Virus record (IMG/VR): IMGVR_UViG_3300028591_000016
Source of the DNA: an uncultured virus (IMG/VR IMGVR_UViG_3300028591_000016)
Taxonomy: Duplodnaviria; Heunggongvirae; Uroviricota; Caudoviricetes
Length of the DNA: 64,000 nt
Strand: one strand, 5' to 3'
In this document: piece by piece, positions 56,512-64,000 of the stretch
Numbering within the stretch: the first letter of the stretch is position 1
Layout of the letters: each line of letters opens with the position of its first letter
Position numbers and translations under genes: made by a program
The notes under the pieces: model-generated
Seen by the model: only the letters and a program-made list of their open reading frames with translations
Database searches by the model: none
Told to the model about the DNA's origin: nothing

Positions 56512-57057
56512 ATGCTGAATGACACCACTCCCTATCCCGAGAATGAGTTCTTCATGGATGACGTGGCTGTCATCACCAAGATGCTGCAGGACAGTTGGTC
56601 CCTCGGACCGGAGGATACGCCTGTCATATCGTATGAGATGGAGGGGATGATGGTGGACGCCAGGAAGTCATATGTCTTCGTTTACCATGTCTCCCGTTAT
56701 AATTCCGTATCCTCCACGGATTACCTCACACTCCAGAGGACATCATTCGTGGATATCCGCGTGTCCTCCAGATCCAGGAAGAAGCTGTATGAGTACACGC
56801 AGGAAATCTATCGCATCATCTATGCCAATCGTCGTCTGGGCCCGAAATATCTCAATGGGTATACATGGATAGAGATTACCAACGACAGGATCGGCAATGA
56901 TGCACAGGGATGGTATTCCGTGCTCCTTTCCACAAAGCTCATGTCCTACGCATATCCCATCCGCAGTCCAGGCTTCGGAGACGAGATCAACGCAAAAGTC
57001 CTGGAACATCAGGATGGGATTGAGGATGATGAGGACAGGTGGGACCTGGACCCCTGA
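56512..57057 (+). CDS. putative tail completion or terminator protein
   Basis: Position before tail tube; size and beta-rich pattern. Confidence 0.55.
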   Translation: MLNDTTPYPENEFFMDDVAVITKMLQDSWSLGPEDTPVISYEMEGMMVDARKSYVFVYHVSRYNSVSSTDYLTLQRTSFVDIRVSSRSRKKLYEYTQEIYRIIYANRRLGPKYLNGYTWIEITNDRIGNDAQGWYSVLLSTKLMSYAYPIRSPGFGDEINAKVLEHQDGIEDDEDRWDLDP

Positions 57058-57098
57058 CTGTTAGAAGGTATTTAAATTCATAAAGAGGTGTAAAGCGC

Positions 57099-59036
57099 AT
57101 GGCAGATCCAAGGAAATCAGTAGCAATCGCACTCGAGGTCGGCAAGTTCGGCAGCGGGTACGTCAAGGATGCAAGCGGGGACCCTGTGGCCCCAAGCGAA
57201 TTCGGAGGGGTATATTACACCCTTCCTCCCGGCACATGGTGTTCGCACAGCAACGAGTTCAAGGCCGAATCGATCTATACGACAGGTTCGAAGCTGAGGG
57301 ACACTGCGGCATATGGGCCGTTCAGCGGTTCATGGAACATCCATTTCATCATGGATTATGAGCATACGGAGTTCCTCGACCTCATCTTCGATAATCATGT
57401 CATCGATAATGATGGTGCAGCCGTGTCAAATGTTACCACGGATGGGGGTGACCCCGTATACGATCATATCTGGACCAAGTCCAACGCCACCTTCGTCAAG
57501 CCCTTCGTCATCCGTGAGAAGCTTCTTAACAGGATTGCCAACAGCGCCAATGAGAATGCGCTCGATGAGGTCGTACTCCTGAAGGGATGTATCGTCAGAA
57601 GCGTCGAGTTCAACAGGAACCAACAGGGAAGTCAGATGGAGGTCAGGATGAGCGGACTGTTCGCGGATATGGAGGTCCAGCTCGCGGAACTTTCCGTTAC
57701 GGACTACACCCCCTATGATAACACAGTCGGACCTACGCAGTACTCCTGTATGTTCCTTGACCAGGAGAATGATGAGGGGTATGTCAGGGACGTGGACAGC
57801 CACTCGGTCAAGCTGGACCTTGATACGTCTCTTGTATACAACACCTGTACGCCCTTTGCGACCGCATTTTTCGAGGGTCAAACCCATATCACCTGGGATG
57901 CGAAGACCTTCGCCAACGATCCTCTTAAGAAGTTCCAGCTCAGGCCCTTCAGCGGCGGAAAGGATGCCATGCACCTTAAGCCGATGGCAAAAGGTCTCAT
58001 GCCCATGGAAGAGGCGTATTTCACTACATACAACCTTTCCATGCGCGATACGGAGGGGCTTGACACCTTTGTGGACGCAATCTCCACATCGCCATACCTT
58101 CTGAGATTCAAGCTTGAAGATTCTACGGTCAATGCGATGTCCTGGCCTGACGGAGAGGGAGAGAAGATCACGGACTCCCTTCAGGGAGTGGAGACCACAA
58201 GACTCATCCTCACTGTGAGAAACACCCACCCCACGCCCGATTGGACGAATAAGATCAATAACAATGGTACGGGGGCTGAATACACGCCTGTACCGGGACT
58301 GAATTATGTTTCCGCAAAGCTTCGTCCACTGCTTAACATCAACGACCTCGATGTGACATCCGGGTCGGCCATGGATTACACTATGGGCCCGGGTGAATAT
58401 ATCCGCATCAGTAATCAAGATATCAACAAGGGCATGATCATTAAAGAGGGCACTTCCAGATCCGAATTGCCTTCTGCGGATAATTACAGAAAATTGGATG
58501 GGTGGATAGTGCTTCCATACTCAACTGAACTGTATGACGTGCCGGAAGGTGCACCCAGCACACTTCAGGCTCTGTTCGGACTCAATGCCGAGTCTGCTGC
58601 TGCGCTTATTGCGGACAATCTGACAATCAATACGAACTGGGAAGGTCTGTACATGCAAATGAGAGACACCCGTTACATCCAAGTATCAACGCCGAGTACC
58701 TTAGAGGGATACATCGGTAAGTATGTCAAGGTAAGCAATACGGGCAACAATAGCAACGATTACGTGTTTGTGAGTTCATCCAATATGAATTCATTAAATA
58801 TCACAGCAGGTACAACCGCAGCATACACTGCGTCTCCTGGAGCTGTTGAGGCAACCTCTGTGAATCTTGTCAAATCTGTACCGATAACCACATTATCAGG
58901 TACACTTGGTGAACCAGGTACATATAAGCATTATATGATTAAATGCTATCTTGTACCCGACACATCTGCACTCAATGGCAAGCGTCTCGTCATCGAGAAG
59001 CATGGCATCCTTCGCATCGATGTGTCAAGCAGCTGA
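57099..59036 (+). CDS. major tail tube protein with C-terminal accessory extension
   Basis: Position before chaperone and TMP; AYGPFSGSW, LKGCIVRSVEF; ~250-aa extra C-terminal region. Confidence 0.7.
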   Translation: MADPRKSVAIALEVGKFGSGYVKDASGDPVAPSEFGGVYYTLPPGTWCSHSNEFKAESIYTTGSKLRDTAAYGPFSGSWNIHFIMDYEHTEFLDLIFDNHVIDNDGAAVSNVTTDGGDPVYDHIWTKSNATFVKPFVIREKLLNRIANSANENALDEVVLLKGCIVRSVEFNRNQQGSQMEVRMSGLFADMEVQLAELSVTDYTPYDNTVGPTQYSCMFLDQENDEGYVRDVDSHSVKLDLDTSLVYNTCTPFATAFFEGQTHITWDAKTFANDPLKKFQLRPFSGGKDAMHLKPMAKGLMPMEEAYFTTYNLSMRDTEGLDTFVDAISTSPYLLRFKLEDSTVNAMSWPDGEGEKITDSLQGVETTRLILTVRNTHPTPDWTNKINNNGTGAEYTPVPGLNYVSAKLRPLLNINDLDVTSGSAMDYTMGPGEYIRISNQDINKGMIIKEGTSRSELPSADNYRKLDGWIVLPYSTELYDVPEGAPSTLQALFGLNAESAAALIADNLTINTNWEGLYMQMRDTRYIQVSTPSTLEGYIGKYVKVSNTGNNSNDYVFVSSSNMNSLNITAGTTAAYTASPGAVEATSVNLVKSVPITTLSGTLGEPGTYKHYMIKCYLVPDTSALNGKRLVIEKHGILRIDVSSS

Positions 59037-59039
59037 GGT

Positions 59040-59444
59040 ATGACTATGGTACTGCAGAACTCGATAATCATAAATCTGGACAAATACGGCGCAGAAGGCT
59101 ACATAGCGGTGGGGTACCCCTCACTCAGGAAGATGAAGCTTGCAGAGCAGGCTGCATCCTCTCTGATGATCTCATTCGATAAGAACGGAAAGCCGACCGT
59201 GGACTCTTCCAAGGCTCTCGAGGCCGACCTGATCATAAAGGTCCTGGTCTATATCGAGGAGGCACCGTTCCAACTCATGAACGCCGATGCGTTCTTCGAG
59301 TTCACCGACAAGATGGATGCGAACCAGCGCGGATCCGGGCAGGCACTCTATGACGAACTCATCGAAGCCGTCAACAAGGTCAATGCTGGTGAGGTATCCC
59401 CTTCACCCGACTCACAGGCAGCGGAGACCGTGAGTTCGGCGTAA
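59040..59444 (+). CDS. tail assembly chaperone (G-like)
   Basis: Between tail tube and TMP. Confidence 0.65.
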   Translation: MTMVLQNSIIINLDKYGAEGYIAVGYPSLRKMKLAEQAASSLMISFDKNGKPTVDSSKALEADLIIKVLVYIEEAPFQLMNADAFFEFTDKMDANQRGSGQALYDELIEAVNKVNAGEVSPSPDSQAAETVSSA

Positions 59445-59662
59445 AACTCTTCGCGGAGCAATTGGCCAAGGGCGAGCCGTCCTCCGAGGCGACCGCCCTG
59501 GCCGCATACGGCATATACCTGATGAACGGCGGAAGGAAGGAGGATTACATGGATCTGAACTGCGATGATATACAACTCATCTACACCACATATGCCGCTT
59601 ATCAGAATCAGCTGATCCACAGACTGACGGATATCATCGTGAAGATGTTCGGAGGGCAGTGA
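59393..59662 (+). CDS. tail assembly chaperone -1 frame extension (T-like)
   Basis: -1 frame is open from 59393 to 59662 with only a TTG start at 59462. Confidence 0.6.
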   Translation, partial: GIPFTRLTGSGDREFGVKLFAEQLAKGEPSSEATALAAYGIYLMNGGRKEDYMDLNCDDIQLIYTTYAAYQNQLIHRLTDIIVKMFGGQ

Positions 59663-59663
59663 T

Positions 59664-60854
59664 ATGGCCGACGCGTTCAAACATGCCGTAGAGATCGAGA
59701 CCAGTCTCCGTATCGTCTCAAATGCCAACCTTCAGAAAGACCTCGCTAAGATATCCCAACAGGTTGCCCAGGCCGTTGCAGGCAAAGAGCTCTATGAGTA
59801 TCTATCCAAGAATGCAAAGCACAACATCGAGAAGATAATCGACAACGATGGGACCAGAATGGTCGGGGGAGCGTCGGAGGGGGACAGCAAAGGCGATGAG
59901 AAGAAAAAGAAGGAACAGACCGCAAAGACCCTCGAATCCATATCGACCGGCACACAAACGATTGCCACAAGCGGGATGTCCGTTCTTAAGACCAGTCTAG
60001 GCATCCTCACAGACGTGTTCGAGCGTATCAAGCAAGCTTCTCCCCTGCTTCAGGCAATGGAGAACCTGTTCAATCTGGCCATGCAGCTGTTCTTCATGCC
60101 GTTGGGCACGAAGCTGGCCACTGTGCTTATCCCTCATGTCACCGCACTCGTTGAGGATGTGATGAAGATATGGGACGGATTCGAGAATAAGAATCTAAGC
60201 CAGATCCTGGAGGACACCATTCACATCGGTGCAGAGATATTCGGTAAGTATTTCATAAACATCGGTAAAGAGCTCAGTAACGGCAATGGCATCTTGGGCG
60301 CTGTCGGTAAAATGATAACGTCCATCGGCAATCTGATATCGCACCACGGGGAGACCATAATCAAGAACATCATCGGCATCCTCACCTTCATCATCAATCA
60401 TATACCCGAGATCCTCGGAGCGATCATCGCATTCATGGCAGTCTCCAAAGCATTGCAGATCGCACAGATCGCAGTCATGATGGCAATCAATTGGAAGACC
60501 GCCATCGCAGGAGCTGCCGCACTTGCCGCGGTAGCGGTTGTCGGCAGTGTTGCAAGCTATCAGGCCAAGAAGATGGTCGACACTGCTGCAGACGGGGGCT
60601 ACTTCCCCGCTACACCAGGCGGTACGCAGGTGCTCCTGGCAGAAGGCGGAGAAGGGGAGACCGTTGTTCCAGACAGTAAAAAGGTAGATTTTGCCAAATC
60701 CGTTCTTTCACAACAACAGGCTACCAACTCCTCTATGACCATCACCAATAATTTCGTGTTCAACGGATACAATGAGATGCAGATGGTAGATAAGATCAAG
60801 AGAACGGTCAATGAACAGGTCAACCTCAGCAGGCTCAGGAGCGGATTATCGTGA
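59664..60854 (+). CDS. tape measure protein (short, 396 aa)
   Basis: Amphipathic helices, hydrophobic Ala-rich segment, AADGG...LAEGGEGETVVP C-terminal motif. Confidence 0.8.
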   Translation: MADAFKHAVEIETSLRIVSNANLQKDLAKISQQVAQAVAGKELYEYLSKNAKHNIEKIIDNDGTRMVGGASEGDSKGDEKKKKEQTAKTLESISTGTQTIATSGMSVLKTSLGILTDVFERIKQASPLLQAMENLFNLAMQLFFMPLGTKLATVLIPHVTALVEDVMKIWDGFENKNLSQILEDTIHIGAEIFGKYFINIGKELSNGNGILGAVGKMITSIGNLISHHGETIIKNIIGILTFIINHIPEILGAIIAFMAVSKALQIAQIAVMMAINWKTAIAGAAALAAVAVVGSVASYQAKKMVDTAADGGYFPATPGGTQVLLAEGGEGETVVPDSKKVDFAKSVLSQQQATNSSMTITNNFVFNGYNEMQMVDKIKRTVNEQVNLSRLRSGLS

Positions 60855-63800
60855 GTTTTCCAAGCGGAGGATCTGCAGAATCGCCATTACAGTCATATTC
60901 TTACACGCAACCCGCGCCCAGTAGCTGGAGTGCCCCACCATCGGATATCTATGTGTATGTTGGTGGGAGAGTCACATTGCAGGCAAATACCCGCACCAAT
61001 TCATCAAATACTGTTACGTATTTGATATATTGGAGTATATCATCCGGGGATAATATTGGGCTGGAGGAGACCTCTGAACACACCGTTCAGGGCACGCTTT
61101 CCTCTGTAGGTATCTCAACGATTACAGTGCTGTGGCAAACCATCCCAGGTTCAAGGGAGGGAACGACAATACGTATTCACTCTATGCCTCTCCCTGATGT
61201 GCCAGTAGATTATGGAGGCACATCACAAGCACCTCTTGAGTCCTTTACACGCAGCGCGTCCACCATAGTCAGCAGTGGAAGCGGGTACCTCTACACATTC
61301 GCAGGCTCTCCCATCTCCATATCTGCAGAAAACGAAGCAACAGTACTGTCAGTGACCGCGGACCGCGGATTGACGATTGCGGACGGTTCACTTTCAGGAA
61401 CGGTCATCGGTACGGCGGATGTGGCTGTTACACTGTCTAGTGACAAATCCCTGACCATCCATGTGATTCCTGTGTACAGGACTGTGCTTTATACGCCCCA
61501 TTATTCAAACAGGGCCGTTAAAGGGGTGATATCCACATTGGACGGAACGCAGACTGCGCAGTGCAACTCTTGGCTATTACCTTTCCAGAGAGTGTGCATG
61601 CTGCAGACAACAGCCCCGATTGTGGTCCACGCTGAATGTATCCATTCGGATCCATACCCTAATGACATCATATCCTCGCGCATACCATGGATCATCAGTG
61701 AATGGGATATCTGTCTCTATAAGGATAACGCGTATCATCATACGGGTCTATTACATAGACAGATTGAGAACTATAGGGATGAGATAACACTGACACTCAC
61801 GTCCTCTGATTATAATGAAGACCCCGCTGGGTCGGGCATATTCGGGATATCAATCAGACCCTATCCCTATATAGATGGGGTATTTGCGGTATTCTTCGAT
61901 GCACGTTCATACGGCACGGAGTTCCCTGCACAATATATCCTCCCTGGAATCTCTCTGCCAAATGACCCAGACCGTGAATATGAGCTGAATCACATCTCTG
62001 CCCCGATGCAGGGAATGTTCCAGATAGGCCCTGCCGCATTGCCTATGGCAACGGTGGAGGTAGATGATTGGCAGAGGTCCCATACGACATCGGACAAGTC
62101 CGACGACATCTCCCCTTATTCACCGATTATCCCAGAACAATCCGTGGAGGTCTCTTCGGCCACGCTCGGGACTATCACCGGTAATCGCATATGGTATAGA
62201 CCACGCACCCACCTGCTGACCGTGGATGAGGACCAGGATGCGATTCTTATCTTCAACAATGGCGGAGGAAGATTCCTCTCGACCCAGAGGGCTGTCTCCC
62301 CCTCCGCACATCCATCCAGGGATGCAGACACGGAGATAGGGAACTTCTATTACGATTGGAAGGAGGATAGCTGGTATTGGTTCTCTGGAAGAGGGACCCT
62401 GCCAGTCAATGAGGAGATGAAGGTCTACTTCAGGTCGCTGCCATTCACCGAATCTATGGACAACCCGAATGGATCGACATATTCTCTCATACCTCCTGAT
62501 GGCATGGGCGGGATGACAGCCTGGGAAACAGAGAAGCCTTATTTCAAGGGTGTTGACGATTCCACATACATCGGAAACCGCATCTCCTTTGAATATACCT
62601 TCACCGCCCGCAAATCACAGGACAGGATGATCAGAAGGACATTCTACCCTGCATGGACTCCATTATTGAATGACGGAGATGTGCAAAGGGCCATACTGAT
62701 AACTCCTGGACACAAGGCGATAGAGATTCACAACATCCAGACGGTTACCGAGACATATAACGTATCTTTAGATGTGAAACCCATTGTGGTCTATGGATAC
62801 AAGCGTTCCTTCTGCATGGATTTGGGGGTATCTAAACAGATATCGATACAGTATACGCGCCCCGGTCTGCCCTACCCTCAGAACACCATCGCTCCGACCC
62901 CGCACGAGTGTGACAATAGCAGCGGGGACAGCCGCAGATGGTCCAATGCAAAATGGATAGAGGGGATGCAGGAGCTCCTCAACAGATGGCAGATGAGGAC
63001 GAATGGGTCAGAACTGTTCCTCCTCCGCCCGGGATTGGGTCGTCTCTCTGGCACGGAGACAGACGCAGATCCGATGAGGAGTTACATCACGAGAATCATA
63101 GGCGACAATTGTTACATCTCCGAGTTCTCGGTGCCATATGCAGACAGCCCATACTCCATATCTGGCACAGTGGGGCTCACTATCGGTACGCTGTATCCCA
63201 AGGTCTCCTCCCGTCCGTTGGTCACCGTGAACTTCTACCAGCCCATATACAATCCTGGAGATTATCCTCCTGGAACAATGAACAATCCTTATACGGAATA
63301 CAATGTGACACTCTATTCCCCCACATCCGTCCCTTCGGACATATACATAACAGAGGGGGCCCATATTTCAATAAATGGGGTCATAGGTAACCAGGTTTCA
63401 TATTTCTCCTATGGAATCAGATTTTCAAATGAATTTGCAGATACTCATGGCCTTACCTGCGAAAGAACTGAACGGAGCGAGGGATTCTTCGTATCTACTA
63501 CTTACTACTACACATATTCTATATCGGGTACCTTATCTGCTGGGACATATACAATATCTGCAAACATAGAATCCTACGCCCCCGTCCAGTCACCCAACGC
63601 CACATCTGTCGCCTCATCAAGGCCCTTCACGATACATGTGGTCCCTGCAATAAATGATCCTGAAATAGAAGGGGATACCAGTTATAGGACCACATCCCGC
63701 AGATACCCTGCGGCCACACTTTTGATGTTGCCGGAACCTGCATCCATCTTCGGATCCAGCGGTATTCAAATTACGACCGAACCAAGCTCCGGAGGAGGGT

Positions 63801-64000
63801 ATGATTACCGCGTCAGCGGTACTGCCGTATCTGGATGGAGTCTGTATGGAGATGAAACGCCATTCCCTCCTAAAAAGGTGATAGATGTAAGGGATCTATA
63901 TGTGCCAGCATTCCAGGATTATCGTCTTTATGGTATCGGTGCAGACATCAGCGGTTCCTCGGCTCACTTCTTCTTCCCGCCTACTGATGAAAATAACATG
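60851..64000 (+). CDS. tail tip/Dit-like protein with adhesin-like Ig repeats (partial, at least 1050 codons), not in ORF track
   Basis: GTGA-coupled to TMP; translated by hand with no stop to the window end; three related ~90-130-aa modules. Confidence 0.8.
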   Translation, partial: MSFPSGGSAESPLQSYSYTQPAPSSWSAPPSDIYVYVGGRVTLQANTRTNSSNTVTYLIYWSISSGDNIGLEETSEHTVQGTLSSVGISTITVLWQTIPGSREGTTIRIHSMPLPDVPVDYGGTSQAPLESFTRSASTIVSSGSGYLYTFAGSPISISAENEATVLSVTADRGLTIADGSLSGTVIGTADVAVTLSSDKSLTIHVIPVYRTVLYTPHYSNRAVKGVISTLDGTQTAQCNSWLLPFQRVCMLQTTAPIVVHAECIHSDPYPNDIISSRIPWIISEWDICLYKDNAYHHTGLLHRQIENYRDEITLTLTSSDYNEDPAGSGIFGISIRPYPYIDGVFAVFFDARSYGTEFPAQYILPGISLPNDPDREYELNHISAPMQGMFQIGPAALPMATVEVDDWQRSHTTSDKSDDISPYSPIIPEQSVEVSSATLGTITGNRIWYRPRTHLLTVDEDQDAILIFNNGGGRFLSTQRAVSPSAHPSRDADTEIGNFYYDWKEDSWYWFSGRGTLPVNEEMKVYFRSLPFTESMDNPNGSTYSLIPPDGMGGMTAWETEKPYFKGVDDSTYIGNRISFEYTFTARKSQDRMIRRTFYPAWTPLLNDGDVQRAILITPGHKAIEIHNIQTVTETYNVSLDVKPIVVYGYKRSFCMDLGVSKQISIQYTRPGLPYPQNTIAPTPHECDNSSGDSRRWSNAKWIEGMQELLNRWQMRTNGSELFLLRPGLGRLSGTETDADPMRSYITRIIGDNCYISEFSVPYADSPYSISGTVGLTIGTLYPKVSSRPLVTVNFYQPIYNPGDYPPGTMNNPYTEYNVTLYSPTSVPSDIYITEGAHISINGVIGNQVSYFSYGIRFSNEFADTHGLTCERTERSEGFFVSTTYYYTYSISGTLSAGTYTISANIESYAPVQSPNATSVASSRPFTIHVVPAINDPEIEGDTSYRTTSRRYPAATLLMLPEPASIFGSSGIQITTEPSSGGGYDYRVSGTAVSGWSLYGDETPFPPKKVIDVRDLYVPAFQDYRLYGIGADISGSSAHFFFPPTDENNM

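Noticed and set aside
60855..64000. Apparent ORF-free region suggesting recoding or pseudogene
   Set aside because: One frame is open to the window end; it was omitted from the track only because it lacks a stop
1..64000. Pyrrolysine-containing (TAG readthrough) viral genes
   Set aside because: Gaps between track ORFs are filled by short ORFs or promoters; no gene appeared split by TAG
1..64000. Integrase/att site, reverse transcriptase or diversity-generating retroelement
   Set aside because: No recombinase or RT motifs and no template/variable repeat pair noticed; these could lie outside the window

Overview
The window is a 64-kb part of a tailed (Caudoviricetes-type) archaeal virus genome. 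It encodes an archaeal-type PCNA and uses TATA-box promoters and GGAGG/GAGGTGA ribosome-binding sites. None of the ~100 genes I called ends in TAG, and the tail proteins carry adhesin-like repeats. Together these suggest a pyrrolysine-using Methanomassiliicoccales host (inference). Layout: (1) 1-21.4 kb, + strand, about 55 small, tightly coupled early or accessory genes (GIY-YIG and HNH endonucleases, PcfJ-like, gp88-like, C5 methyltransferase, dUTPase, many Zn-ribbon microproteins). (2) 21.5-39.4 kb, - strand head module: holin-like gene, 1701-aa protein, TerS, TerL, portal, ChaB-protease, large scaffold-like protein, MCP, decoration protein. (3) 39.4-46.8 kb, acidic putative internal head proteins including an encapsulin-cargo-type ferritin domain, a PCNA operon and a 1024-aa protein. 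(4) 46.8-55.7 kb, replication and recombination: D5-like helicase, iteron-type origin, ParB-like, VirE-like helicase, SNF2 helicase, ERF, YqaJ, VRR-NUC. (5) 55.7-64 kb, tail module ending in an ORF of at least 1050 codons that runs off the window and is missing from the ORF track. Top findings are a candidate capsid cargo-loading and processing code shared by scaffold, giant proteins and a ferritin-like cargo, a 110-nt RNA rod over a dual-start holin-like gene, an origin flanked by two helicases and a small RNA, and amber-stop avoidance. All family calls come from motif recognition by eye; no database searches were run.
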